Below are positions 29,400 through 38,516 of a stretch of DNA of 64,000 bases, in pieces (positions within the stretch are counted from its first letter, which is position 1; each line of letters opens with the position of its first letter). The notes beneath the pieces were generated by a model. It searched no databases. It was not told where the DNA came from and worked only from the letters and a program-made list of their open reading frames with translations. This stretch comes from an uncultured Oscillospiraceae bacterium. Lineage in GTDB: Bacteria; Bacillota; Clostridia; Oscillospirales; Acutalibacteraceae. Made by a program: the position numbers and the translations under genes. The stretch is from positions 118,187-182,186 of the forward strand of contig CATXDC010000004.1 in assembly GCA_958366985.1 (NCBI GenBank). The letters are read 5' to 3'.

Positions 29400-30206
29400 A
29401 TGTCAATATTTTTAGCAGTAGTAATTGTTTCCGCCATCGGTCTTATAGCAGGTCTCGGACTTGCGGTAGCTTCAATTGTAATGGCTGTTCCAGTTGATGA
29501 AAAGGCAGAGGAGATCGAAGCCGTTCTTCCCGGAGCAAACTGCGGCGCCTGCGGATTTTCAGGCTGCTCAGGATATGCAAAAGCTCTTTCAGAGGGAAAG
29601 ACAAAGGAAACAGCTCTTTGTGCTCCCGGCGGCAACGATGTAGCCGCAAAGGTTGCCGAAATAATGGGAGTTTCCGCAGGAAGCATCAAACCCCAGACTG
29701 CCGTCGTAATGTGCAACGGAACTTCAAAGAACACCGATACAAAGCTTATTTACAGCGGCGTTGAAAGCTGTAAAATGGCTTCTCAGCTTTTTGGAGGTCC
29801 CGGTGAGTGCACATACGGCTGCATCGGTTTCGGCGATTGTGCAAACGCCTGTCCTTACGGTGCAATTTCCATTTGCGACGGCGTTGCAAGGGTTAATCCC
29901 CTCTCCTGCCGTGCCTGCAAAATGTGCATAAACACCTGTCCGAAACATATTATCAAGCTTATGCCTCTCCACGAGGCGAAAGCCGTTGTTCTTTGCAGCA
30001 ACGCAGATAAAGGCGCAGCTACAAGAAAGGCTTGCTCAGCAGGCTGCATAGGCTGCATGAAGTGCGTAAAAGCATGTCCTGAAGGCGCTGTCACAGTCAC
30101 TGGAAACTGTGCAAAGGTTGACTTTGACAAATGTACCGGCTGCGGCAAATGCGCTGAAGGCTGCCCGACAAATGCAATTAAGGTTATTATTGCAGGCGGG
30201 AAATAA
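29400..30206 (+). CDS. rnfB: Rnf complex subunit B (polyferredoxin)
   Basis: N-terminal TM anchor, CX2CX4C cluster (CGACGFSGCSGY) and several CxxCxxCxxxCP 4Fe-4S motifs. Confidence 0.9.
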   Translation: MSIFLAVVIVSAIGLIAGLGLAVASIVMAVPVDEKAEEIEAVLPGANCGACGFSGCSGYAKALSEGKTKETALCAPGGNDVAAKVAEIMGVSAGSIKPQTAVVMCNGTSKNTDTKLIYSGVESCKMASQLFGGPGECTYGCIGFGDCANACPYGAISICDGVARVNPLSCRACKMCINTCPKHIIKLMPLHEAKAVVLCSNADKGAATRKACSAGCIGCMKCVKACPEGAVTVTGNCAKVDFDKCTGCGKCAEGCPTNAIKVIIAGGK

Positions 30207-30217
30207 ATATGATATTA

Positions 30218-30250
30218 TAAAAGCTGCGGTATATACCGCAGCTTTTAATT
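30218..30250 (+). terminator. rho-independent terminator after rnfB
   Basis: aaaagctgcggtatataccgcagctttt followed by a T-run. Confidence 0.6.
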
Positions 30251-30295
30251 TTTGCTTTATTAAACTTTTATCTAATAAGAAAGGAATTTTTTAAA

Positions 30296-31147
30296 ATGGC
30301 AAAAAAGGTTTTTATTACCTCAGACAGCACCTGTGACATTTCTCCTGAAATGAGAGAGCAGCTGGGTATTGATGTTGCACCTCTTAAAATTCTTTTAGGT
30401 GATACCGAACACAAGGACGGCATTGATATTGTCCCCGATGATATTTTTAAGTTTTATAATGAAAGCAAAAAGACACCAAAAACCGCAGCAGTCACACCTG
30501 CTGAATATACGGAGCTTTTTGAAAAATACACATCTCAGGGTTATGCAATAGTACACGTTGCATTTACTTCCAAGCTTTCTTCCTCCTGTCAGAACGCCAT
30601 GATAGCCGCTTCTGATTTTGAAGATGTATATGTTGTGGATTCTCTTCAGCTTTGCTCCGGTCAGGCTCTGCTTGTATTTGAGGCTTGCCGTCTTCGTGAC
30701 AGCGGTATGGAAGCTTCTCAGATTGCAGCAGCTCTCGAAGAACAGAAAACAAAAGTAAGAACAAGCTTCGTAATACCGAGCCTTGAATTTCTCAGCAAGG
30801 GCGGACGCTGCTCTTCACTTACAGCTTTAGGTGCCAACGTACTTGGAATAAAGCCCTCAATTGAAATGGCTGACGGTTCCCTTTCAGTAGGCAAAAAGTA
30901 CAGAGGCAAAGCTGACGTCGTTTATGAAAAATACATTGAGGATAAGCTCAGCGAAAGCGATAAAATCGACCTTTCTGCAAAAGTTGTATTTGCTAATTCC
31001 GGTATTCCCAAAGAGCTTTCTCAGAGGCTTGTCAAGCTTGTAAAGAGTAAGCTTCCGAAAGCTGACATAATCGAAATGATTGCCGGCTGCACAATTACCT
31101 CTCACTGCGGTCCCGGAACAGTTGCTGTCATCTTTATGGTAAAATAA
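30296..31147 (+). CDS. DegV family fatty-acid-binding protein
   Basis: DegV/DhaK-like fold; N-terminal FITSDSTCDI and typical length of 283 aa. Confidence 0.85.
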   Translation: MAKKVFITSDSTCDISPEMREQLGIDVAPLKILLGDTEHKDGIDIVPDDIFKFYNESKKTPKTAAVTPAEYTELFEKYTSQGYAIVHVAFTSKLSSSCQNAMIAASDFEDVYVVDSLQLCSGQALLVFEACRLRDSGMEASQIAAALEEQKTKVRTSFVIPSLEFLSKGGRCSSLTALGANVLGIKPSIEMADGSLSVGKKYRGKADVVYEKYIEDKLSESDKIDLSAKVVFANSGIPKELSQRLVKLVKSKLPKADIIEMIAGCTITSHCGPGTVAVIFMVK

Positions 31148-31187
31148 CAGCGCTGAACCTGTATACAAATTTACAAGCAAAAAATCG

Positions 31188-31225
31188 CCTGCGTTTAAAG
31201 TCAATGATGATTTTAAACGCAGGCT
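31188..31225. terminator. bidirectional terminator hairpin between degV(+) and the M23 peptidase gene(-)
   Basis: gcctgcgtttaaagtcaatgatgattttaaacgcaggc; 13-bp perfect stem. Confidence 0.55.
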
Positions 31226-31295
31226 TTTAATATTATGCTTTTGTTATTAGTGATACAAAAAATCCTGCGGATTTACATCCACAGGATTTTTAATT

Positions 31296-33134
31296 TTAAA
31301 GGTATAATCTTGGGTTAACTTTACGTCCGTTTACATGAACTTCAAAGTGAAGATGTGCACCGAATGAGTAACCAGAGTTACCTACTCGACCAATAGCCTG
31401 GCCCTGATATACATACTGTCCGACAGAGACTCCAACAGAAGAACAGTGTGCATAAAGGGTTCTCAGACCGCCGCTGTGCTGGATTGTTATACAGTAGCCG
31501 TAGCTTCCGTTCCAGCCTGCCTGTACAACGGTTCCGGCATCGGCAGCTATAATAGTTCTGCCGTAAGCTCCACCGCCGGTAATATCAATACCGGTATGAT
31601 AACCGCTGGCGTAAGAACTCGAAGCATAACCATAACCACGGGATATACTGTTAAGACCAATAACAGGCCATAAGAGTCTTCCGTTTGATGAAGAGACGGA
31701 GCCTCCGCCGCTTACAGCAAGAGATTTTGTACCCACAAGTATCTCCTGATCTACCGGCTCCTGTACTGTTACTCTCTCTATCTCTTCCGTAGAAACCCTT
31801 ACTCCATCAACATATGAAACAAGCTCTGTTACACGGGCAACACCGTTTACACCCTGTGTCTTTATTCTCTGGGTACCTTTGTAAAGGCTTGAGGTTTCAG
31901 TCTTTACTACCTCATAAGGTATTTCCTCGGTACGTACTTCGGTCTTCATAACCTTTACACGTACATAATTAACTTCCATGGAAACAATTATCTTATCACC
32001 GAGATAAATATTCTCACCCATATTGGGGTTCATTGCATAAAGCTGTTCAATAGTTGTATCATATTTCAGAGCAATATCATAAAGTGTGTCGCCGTCCTGA
32101 ACAATATGATAAACAGCTTCTGTTTTATTGGTTGCAAGCTTAGCTTTCAGCTTTGCAGCATCCCATATAGTTTCTTCATTATCAGGATACAGACCCTGTA
32201 CATACTCTATATCTTCAACAAAACCTACAATTCCGTCGCCGTCAGCAGGCTTATTAGCCTCTAAAATCTCATCAAATACGCTGGTAGCATCAGTTTCGTT
32301 TTTGACAGCGCATAAGAATTCACCGTCAACATAAATTCCGCAGGCATTGGTAATATTGCTCTGTGAATTTTCAATCAAAGCGTCGCACAGCGCTGAGGAG
32401 TCTGTAAGCTCATTCTTTGATACAACCTTTATCTTGTATGTAGGCTTCTCAATAGAAACTTCCTGCTTCTTTTCAGAATCCGTACTGCTTTCTCCAAGAT
32501 TAAGACGTTCATTGGCAAGTTTTTCTGCATCAAGATATACGTTTTCATCTGCAACATAACCAAGGCTTACATTTCCATATAAAAGTTCAAGAGCAAATGT
32601 GCGTTCATTCCAGTAATTAACAGTAAGCACCAAAACCACAAATGCAGCCACCGGCATAGCAAACCTTAATACCGAACGCATAAAAGCTCTGTGACGGTTA
32701 AAGCCCTTTTTAATGTAGTGATGAAGTACAGAACAAATGAGACCTACATTCTTTATTGAAAGGCCACGCATATTGTCATAGGCAGATTTTACTTCATCCT
32801 TTATAAAGTGAAGCTCGTTAATAGCGTTATGGAGCCACTTAAAGAATAAATGATCAACACCGATTGCAAAAATGCGCAGTAATGTATAAATTGCTCTTAA
32901 CGGTTTTATGACTATGCGCCGCAGACCTTTAAATACTTTTTTACCCGCTCTTATGCAATAAGCTCCCAAAAGGTAAATAAAAGTATAAAGAGATAATTCG
33001 CCGTCAAAGTTTTCATTCTCTTCTTCGGCTGCGTTATTCTCCGGCTCAGTTTCAGATTCAGTTATATTTTCAAGGTTTTGTTTATCATCCTCTGGCTTGT
33101 CTTCTTCTCGATTGCGTTTTCTGAATTTAAGCAA
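31296..33134 (-). CDS. membrane-anchored LysM-domain M23 (LytM-type) peptidoglycan metalloendopeptidase
   Basis: Acidic cytoplasmic N-terminus, TM segment, LysM (YHIVQDGDTLYDIALKY...) and an intact M23 active site (HTGIDI...GAHLHFEV). Confidence 0.8.
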   Translation of the reverse strand: MLKFRKRNREEDKPEDDKQNLENITESETEPENNAAEEENENFDGELSLYTFIYLLGAYCIRAGKKVFKGLRRIVIKPLRAIYTLLRIFAIGVDHLFFKWLHNAINELHFIKDEVKSAYDNMRGLSIKNVGLICSVLHHYIKKGFNRHRAFMRSVLRFAMPVAAFVVLVLTVNYWNERTFALELLYGNVSLGYVADENVYLDAEKLANERLNLGESSTDSEKKQEVSIEKPTYKIKVVSKNELTDSSALCDALIENSQSNITNACGIYVDGEFLCAVKNETDATSVFDEILEANKPADGDGIVGFVEDIEYVQGLYPDNEETIWDAAKLKAKLATNKTEAVYHIVQDGDTLYDIALKYDTTIEQLYAMNPNMGENIYLGDKIIVSMEVNYVRVKVMKTEVRTEEIPYEVVKTETSSLYKGTQRIKTQGVNGVARVTELVSYVDGVRVSTEEIERVTVQEPVDQEILVGTKSLAVSGGGSVSSSNGRLLWPVIGLNSISRGYGYASSSYASGYHTGIDITGGGAYGRTIIAADAGTVVQAGWNGSYGYCITIQHSGGLRTLYAHCSSVGVSVGQYVYQGQAIGRVGNSGYSFGAHLHFEVHVNGRKVNPRLYL

Positions 33135-33334
33135 AGGGTCAACCTCCTATTTCCACACACATTTATAAAAACAAAAACTTAATTCTTCTATAAACAAATA
33201 TACTTTATTATACATTTTTTGACCGAAAAAGACAAGTATATTCATCCATTTTAATGTCATCGGAAATTAATGTTAAATGCATTTTATTGTGTAAATAAGC
33301 GAAAAAATCGGAAAATATAAACTGCAAATTTAAT

Positions 33335-33796
33335 TTATTTAGTGGGATAAATGAGCTTTTCTTCGCTCCAGTCTGCCAAAACCTTTTTCATTTCCTGAGC
33401 TTCTTTTTTAGCTCCTTCAAGGCTGTGTTCAAGATAGTTTCCGCACTCGGGAGCCGTTGCTCCGGGGATCTCACCCTCAAAATCTGCAATGAAATCAAAA
33501 GCTTCCTTAGTCAATTTAATGGCATCACTGTGTGAAAGTCCTCTTGTAAGGAAATAAAATCCTGTGCGGCAGCCCATAGGTCCAAAATAGATTATATTAT
33601 CCGAAAACTCGGAATTTCTCACAAAGGTTGCAAAAAGATGCTCCACAGTATGCATTGCAGCGTTTTCCATAAATGGCGGGATATTGGGACGTCTTGTTCT
33701 TATATCATATGTAATAACATCGCCGTCTTTACGGGAAATATACATTCCCCTTTGAAGAATGTCGTGGTCAATTGTAAAGCTTGCTATTTTTTCCAT
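33335..33796 (-). CDS. luxS: S-ribosylhomocysteine lyase
   Basis: LuxS metal-binding HxxEH motif (HTVEHLFA) and typical length of 153 aa. Confidence 0.9.
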   Translation of the reverse strand: MEKIASFTIDHDILQRGMYISRKDGDVITYDIRTRRPNIPPFMENAAMHTVEHLFATFVRNSEFSDNIIYFGPMGCRTGFYFLTRGLSHSDAIKLTKEAFDFIADFEGEIPGATAPECGNYLEHSLEGAKKEAQEMKKVLADWSEEKLIYPTK

Positions 33797-33811
33797 TTTC
33801 TTTTTCCTTTC

Positions 33812-34756
33812 TCAGCATACATCTATTCCCGTAAGGAATGAGCGGTGTCCGAAAACCTCGGAAGAGTCCGCCTTTCCCTCAAGGATATTCATAAATCCGG
33901 TAATCATCTGAGCTGCATCCTCTTTTGCCTCATCAAAAAGCTCATATACACTCTTATTCAGCTTAACAGATTTATCCGCCGGATAATACCATTCATTTTT
34001 TGCCCTGTTCATATAGTCATATTTGTCGTCAGCTCTTTCCTGAAGCATCATTGACGATACTCCCGGTCCGATAACAGGATAAAGAGGCATCTGTACGGCT
34101 CTTAGAAAATCGTTTCTCTTTTTGTTACCGCTGTTTATTATTCCCTGCATATAGCGAAAATCACGGAAAGCCTGTTCGAATTTCTTCTCATCGCACGGAC
34201 GTTTGAGGGTCACAGAAAAAGCAAAGGAATCCGCTCTTGCCATATTCTCTATAAGCTCCGGATCATCGGACAAAAGAGCTTTTGTTGAAAACTTAAGTGT
34301 ATTTTCAATATTCTTTTTCTCTTTAAGAAGAAGCATATCAATGTTGAATTCTATTCTGTTATGGAGCACAAAGGAATGATAAGTTATGTGCTCTCTTCTC
34401 TTTATGTCCTCCATAGCCCAGTAGACAAAAGGATGAACGCTTCTGTCAAGGGCATAATGACAGATAAAACCGCAAAAATATGAAATCACACAGTCACGGT
34501 CATAATTTTTGCCGTTTATGAGATACTCCGCCATTGCCGCAAAAAGCTTTGCAGGATCACTTCTATGTATCGCAGAACCTGTACCCATAAGACTTTTCCC
34601 GGGCATATTGGGAAGCAGTCTGTGGAAAAACAGGAAATCCGGTCCCTGAGTTCCGTAAATCACGGCACGCTCGTCTACTTTTACACCTTTTGCTCTCTGA
34701 CGGATTGTATCCATCATTTCATCAGAAAAAATATAGTGAGTTGAAAATGCAGGCAT
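33812..34756 (-). CDS. zinc-dependent phospholipase C / P1-nuclease-like family protein
   Basis: N-terminal FSTHYIF...GTQGPDFLFFH signature of the Zn_dep_PLPC family; assignment by motif only. Confidence 0.45.
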   Translation of the reverse strand: MPAFSTHYIFSDEMMDTIRQRAKGVKVDERAVIYGTQGPDFLFFHRLLPNMPGKSLMGTGSAIHRSDPAKLFAAMAEYLINGKNYDRDCVISYFCGFICHYALDRSVHPFVYWAMEDIKRREHITYHSFVLHNRIEFNIDMLLLKEKKNIENTLKFSTKALLSDDPELIENMARADSFAFSVTLKRPCDEKKFEQAFRDFRYMQGIINSGNKKRNDFLRAVQMPLYPVIGPGVSSMMLQERADDKYDYMNRAKNEWYYPADKSVKLNKSVYELFDEAKEDAAQMITGFMNILEGKADSSEVFGHRSFLTGIDVC

Positions 34757-34758
34757 GA

Positions 34759-35526
34759 TTATTCCTCCTCCTGACTTTTTTCCTTTTCTCTCTCTTCCAT
34801 AAGCTTATCAAGGTATTTTTTATCCGCTTTTGTAAGCTCCGCCTTTTTAAGAAGCTCGGGCCTCTTTTCAAGAGTACGCTTCAAAGACTGCTCTCTTCGC
34901 CACTTTTCAATATTTGCATGGTGGCCGGAAAGAAGCACTTCTGGAACCTCTCTTCCCCTCCACTCCACAGGTCTTGTATACTGTGGATGCTCAAGAAGAG
35001 ATGAAAAATGGCTTTCGTTTGTAAAGGCTTCCTCTCCTGAAAGAACACCGGGAATCATCCTTGCAACACAGTCCGCAAGAACCAGCGCAGGAAGCTCTCC
35101 TCCAGTAAGAACATAGTCGCCTATTGAGATTTCCTCATCGACTATCTCTTCAATTACCCTTTCATCAACGCCCTCATAATGACCGCAAAGGAGTGCTATA
35201 TGCTCCATTTGCGAAAGCTCAATTGCACGTTTCTGGGTAAGGGTCTTTCCCTGTGGTGACATATAGATAAGATAAGGGCGTCTGCCTGAATCCTCACAGA
35301 GAGACTCGAAACAATCGTATATGGGCTGGGTCTGCATGACCATTCCCATACCTCCCCCATAGGGAGTATCGTCTACACGGCGGTGCTTATCGGCAGTGTA
35401 TTCCCTTATATCACGGCAGCTTATCTCTATAAGTCCCCTTTCCCTTGCTCTACCTATTATGCTCTCTTTAAGAACGTTTTCGCACATCTGGGGAAAAAGA
35501 GTGAGAATGTCAATGCGCATCGTCAA
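34759..35526 (-). CDS. trmD: tRNA (guanine37-N1)-methyltransferase
   Basis: SPOUT knot motifs ([20 protein letters not shown]); C-terminal Lys/Glu-rich extension. Confidence 0.9.
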   Translation of the reverse strand: MTMRIDILTLFPQMCENVLKESIIGRARERGLIEISCRDIREYTADKHRRVDDTPYGGGMGMVMQTQPIYDCFESLCEDSGRRPYLIYMSPQGKTLTQKRAIELSQMEHIALLCGHYEGVDERVIEEIVDEEISIGDYVLTGGELPALVLADCVARMIPGVLSGEEAFTNESHFSSLLEHPQYTRPVEWRGREVPEVLLSGHHANIEKWRREQSLKRTLEKRPELLKKAELTKADKKYLDKLMEEREKEKSQEEE

Positions 35527-36028
35527 ATATTCCTTTCATAGGTCTGATTTTGATTATTCCGTTTTCTACGTCCGTTTCGGCCACAACCTCTTTTATAGCC
35601 GGAATCAAATATTCCCTGCCGTTGTCATCGGTTATCTGCCAAACGTCATTGGCTCCTGTTTCCATAACATCGGTAAGCTTTCCGTAAATAATGCCTGTAT
35701 CGGCATCGAAAACAGTGCAGTCAATTAAATCCTGTATAAAGTTTTCGCCTTCGCTTAAATTCGCCTCGGCTCTGTCCATATACAGCACTTTTCGCATGAT
35801 TTTATTTACCGCTTCTATTGAATCTATTCCCTCAACCTTTAAAAGGGCTATATTTCCGTGAGGTCGGCATGAAATCACCTTTAAAGCCTCCGTGCCCTCT
35901 TTGTTCAAATAAAAATGTTTAAACTGCTTCATAAATTCAGGAGAATCACACCATGGATTTACACGCATTTCTCCCCTAACACCGTGGGTTCCTACAACCT
36001 GTCCCACTTCCAGATATTTTTTTACCAT
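35510..36028 (-). CDS. rimM: ribosome maturation factor RimM
   Basis: RimM N-terminus [13 protein letters not shown] and PRC-barrel C-terminus; overlaps the trmD start. Confidence 0.9.
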   Translation of the reverse strand: MVKKYLEVGQVVGTHGVRGEMRVNPWCDSPEFMKQFKHFYLNKEGTEALKVISCRPHGNIALLKVEGIDSIEAVNKIMRKVLYMDRAEANLSEGENFIQDLIDCTVFDADTGIIYGKLTDVMETGANDVWQITDDNGREYLIPAIKEVVAETDVENGIIKIRPMKGIFDDAH

Positions 36029-36155
36029 ACAAAACGCCTCCTTTAACGGGACTTTATATTATATAATAACATTACGACGAATAAAAAACAACCGAAACAG
36101 AAGTTTAAGCATTTCGGTATCTGCAATAAAAGAAATTTTCGTTAAACCGCTGATA

Positions 36156-36184
36156 TTGACGATTGTACACATATGTAGTATATT
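36156..36184 (+). promoter_or_regulatory. sigma-A promoter TTGACG-17-TATATT for the RHH-led module; direct repeats TAGTATA x2 overlap and follow the -10
   Basis: Hexamers read directly from the sequence; TAGTATA occurs at 36177-36183 and 36190-36196, a candidate operator for the ribbon-helix-helix protein. Confidence 0.45.
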
Positions 36185-36225
36185 TTAATAGTATAACGTC
36201 ATATATGTCATGGAGGTGTTAAACC

Positions 36226-36429
36226 TTGGATGATAAAAAACTATACATTCCATCAAAGCTTTATAAAGGTGATACATCAGTTGTATCTGCAAGGCTTCCT
36301 AACAGCATGATTAAAGAAATAGACGCAATAGCTGAAAATACAGGCCGCAGCAGAAATGAAATAATTTCCATTTGTCTTGAATTTGCAATTAGTAATCTTC
36401 AAACTGAAAGCGACGAAAAAGAGGGATAG
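36226..36429 (+). CDS. ribbon-helix-helix (CopG/Arc-like) DNA-binding protein
   Basis: 67 aa; RHH signature ...VVSARLPNSMIKEIDAIAENTGRSRNEIISICLEFAI; likely TTG start at 36226 after a ggaggtg RBS. Confidence 0.6.
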   Translation: MDDKKLYIPSKLYKGDTSVVSARLPNSMIKEIDAIAENTGRSRNEIISICLEFAISNLQTESDEKEG

Positions 36430-36433
36430 CTTT

Positions 36434-37168
36434 ATGAAAAAGTCAGCTTTGATTATTGGGTTGACATATGGTGCGGCTGCATTAATTTACGGAATAATAT
36501 CATTAATGTTCTTTTTTGAAAAAACCACCGCTTTTTGGACAGGACTCTTAATAGTAGTTTTTTCCTGTGTCCTGAGCGCTGTAATTACTGTGTGTGTAAG
36601 CAAAAAACGTGATAATGCTTTTCCGCTTACAATATCAGTAAACCTTTTCTGCGGAATTTATGTATTTGCTGTAATTATAATCAATGTACTTATCGGCATA
36701 ATCTTTAAGGCAGGCACAGCGCCTTTGATTACTGCTCAAATAATATGCTTTGCTGTTTTTGCGGTTATAACAGCAGTTTTGCTTAAAGTAAAAAAACATA
36801 TTTCGGAGCACAGCATCATCGAAAATGATAAATCAAATGAGCTTAAAAAAATTATTTTTGAATGCGAAAAAATCAAGAATAAGCTTATAAAATTACCCGG
36901 TGAACAGCAGAAAAAAGCCTTGTCAGTAATTGACAGCATAATCGAGGAACTGCGGTTTTCAGATTTAAGTGTTTCCCCTGATATTTTGGAGATGGACGGC
37001 AAAATTTCATCTTTGATCGGTTTGCTCTCATCAGAAACCGATAATTTAATCGAAATACAGGCAGACGACATCACCGCTTTCGAAGAAATTGCAAATGATA
37101 TTAAAGCGCTTATCAAAGAAAGAAATGCACGTATTAAATTATTAATGAACATAAACAGCAAAATTTGA
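36434..37168 (+). CDS. integral membrane protein (4 TM) with C-terminal cytoplasmic coiled-coil domain; unknown function
   Basis: Start set at ATG 36434 (MKKSALIIG) after a gaggga RBS; four hydrophobic helices followed by a 120-aa charged helical tail. Confidence 0.55.
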   Translation: MKKSALIIGLTYGAAALIYGIISLMFFFEKTTAFWTGLLIVVFSCVLSAVITVCVSKKRDNAFPLTISVNLFCGIYVFAVIIINVLIGIIFKAGTAPLITAQIICFAVFAVITAVLLKVKKHISEHSIIENDKSNELKKIIFECEKIKNKLIKLPGEQQKKALSVIDSIIEELRFSDLSVSPDILEMDGKISSLIGLLSSETDNLIEIQADDITAFEEIANDIKALIKERNARIKLLMNINSKI

Positions 37169-37182
37169 GGAGGCAAAACCAA

Positions 37183-38493
37183 ATGGCAATAGTCGATGTA
37201 GTTAAGTATAACGGAGGTCCGGATGTATTCGCCTGGAAATATCCAAACGAAGAGCTGAGCACCTGGACACAGTTAATAGTTAACGAATCACAGGAAGCAA
37301 TTCTATTTAAGGGCGGAAAGGCCCTTGATGTATTTCAAAGCGGACGCCACACCCTTGAAACAGCAAATATACCGCTGCTGAATAATATCATAAATCTTCC
37401 CTTTGGCGGACGCTCACCGTTTACCGCTGAGGTATGGTACATAAATAAGATAAGTTCCCTTGATATAAAATGGGGGACTGCTTCACCTATTCAGCTTCAG
37501 GACCCCAAATATTCGATATTTGTGCCTGTAAGAGCTTTCGGCCAGTTTGGTATCAGTATTGAAAACTCAAAGCAGTTTCTGATTAAATTAGTCGGAACAC
37601 TTACTGAATTCAATAAAGCCAACATTGTAAAATATTTCAGAGGCTTATATCTTACAAAAGTAAAAGATGCAATTTCTTCATATCTTGTCAGCAAACAGAT
37701 AAGCATTCTGGAAATAAACGCATATCTTGAGGAAATTTCCGAGTACCTCAAGGAGAAAATGCAGCCGGTTCTTCAGGAGTACGGTATAAATCTTATTAAT
37801 TTCTATGTAAACGACATAAGTGTTCCCGAAGACGATACTGCCGTTATGAAGCTTAAAGACGCTCTTGCAAGAAAAGCCGAAATGAACATAATCGGCTACA
37901 ATTATCAGCAGGAACGCTCCTTCGACACTTTAGAGGAAGCTGCCAAAAATAACGGATCTGCAGGCGATATGATGGGTACAGGTCTCGGACTTGGTATGGG
38001 TATGGCAATGGGCGGAACAATGGGAAGCGAGTTTTCCTCTATTTCCAAAAACATCAACACCAAAGCTGAAGAAACCAAAACCTGCCCTTCATGCGGCGCA
38101 TCAATGCCCAAGGATAAGCGTTTTTGCTCAGACTGCGGATGCGATACTGCTGCACAAAAAGATGAGAATGAGGAAAAGGATAGCGGCACTATCAAATGCA
38201 GCAACTGTGGATTTGAGTATCCAAACACCGTTAAATTCTGCCCCCAATGCGGCGACAAATATAATCCCTGTCCACGCTGCGGAGCAGACAGGGCTGAAGG
38301 CGCTGAAGTATGTTCAAACTGCGGATATACCGAGCCAAAACCTTGTCCTCACTGCGGAAGCCCTCTTCCTGAAGGCGGAGCACGTTTTTGTCCTGAATGC
38401 GGTCAGTCTCTGGCTAAAAACTGTCCCACATGCAATGCACCTATTACAGGCAATCCAAAATTCTGCACACAGTGCGGAACTAAATTAATTTAA
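37183..38493 (+). CDS. SPFH/band-7-like (YdjI/virion-core-protein-like) domain fused to five tandem zinc-ribbon repeats
   Basis: N-terminal 260-aa SPFH-like region (MAIVDVVKYNGGPDVFAWKYP...) followed by a Gly/Met-rich linker (MMGTGLGLGMGMAMGGTMG). Five CxxCG-x8-10-CxxCG repeats follow: CPSCG..CSDCG, CSNCG..CPQCG, CPRCG..CSNCG, CPHCG..CPECG, CPTCN..CTQCG. RBS ggagg lies before ATG 37183. Confidence 0.6.
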   Translation: MAIVDVVKYNGGPDVFAWKYPNEELSTWTQLIVNESQEAILFKGGKALDVFQSGRHTLETANIPLLNNIINLPFGGRSPFTAEVWYINKISSLDIKWGTASPIQLQDPKYSIFVPVRAFGQFGISIENSKQFLIKLVGTLTEFNKANIVKYFRGLYLTKVKDAISSYLVSKQISILEINAYLEEISEYLKEKMQPVLQEYGINLINFYVNDISVPEDDTAVMKLKDALARKAEMNIIGYNYQQERSFDTLEEAAKNNGSAGDMMGTGLGLGMGMAMGGTMGSEFSSISKNINTKAEETKTCPSCGASMPKDKRFCSDCGCDTAAQKDENEEKDSGTIKCSNCGFEYPNTVKFCPQCGDKYNPCPRCGADRAEGAEVCSNCGYTEPKPCPHCGSPLPEGGARFCPECGQSLAKNCPTCNAPITGNPKFCTQCGTKLI

Positions 38494-38516
38494 TTTTAAT
38501 CTTAGGAGATATAATA

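Noticed and set aside
28404-30148. Antisense ORFs within rnfE/rnfA/rnfB (28404-28739, 29381-29734, 29855-30148 and others)
   Set aside because: They are embedded in conserved Rnf subunit genes, with no independent start signals.
36226-37168. RHH gene plus following ORF as a type II toxin-antitoxin pair
   Set aside because: The partner is a 245-aa 4-TM membrane protein co-encoded with two further large genes, not a 90-130-aa toxin fold (ParE/RelE/MazF/PIN).
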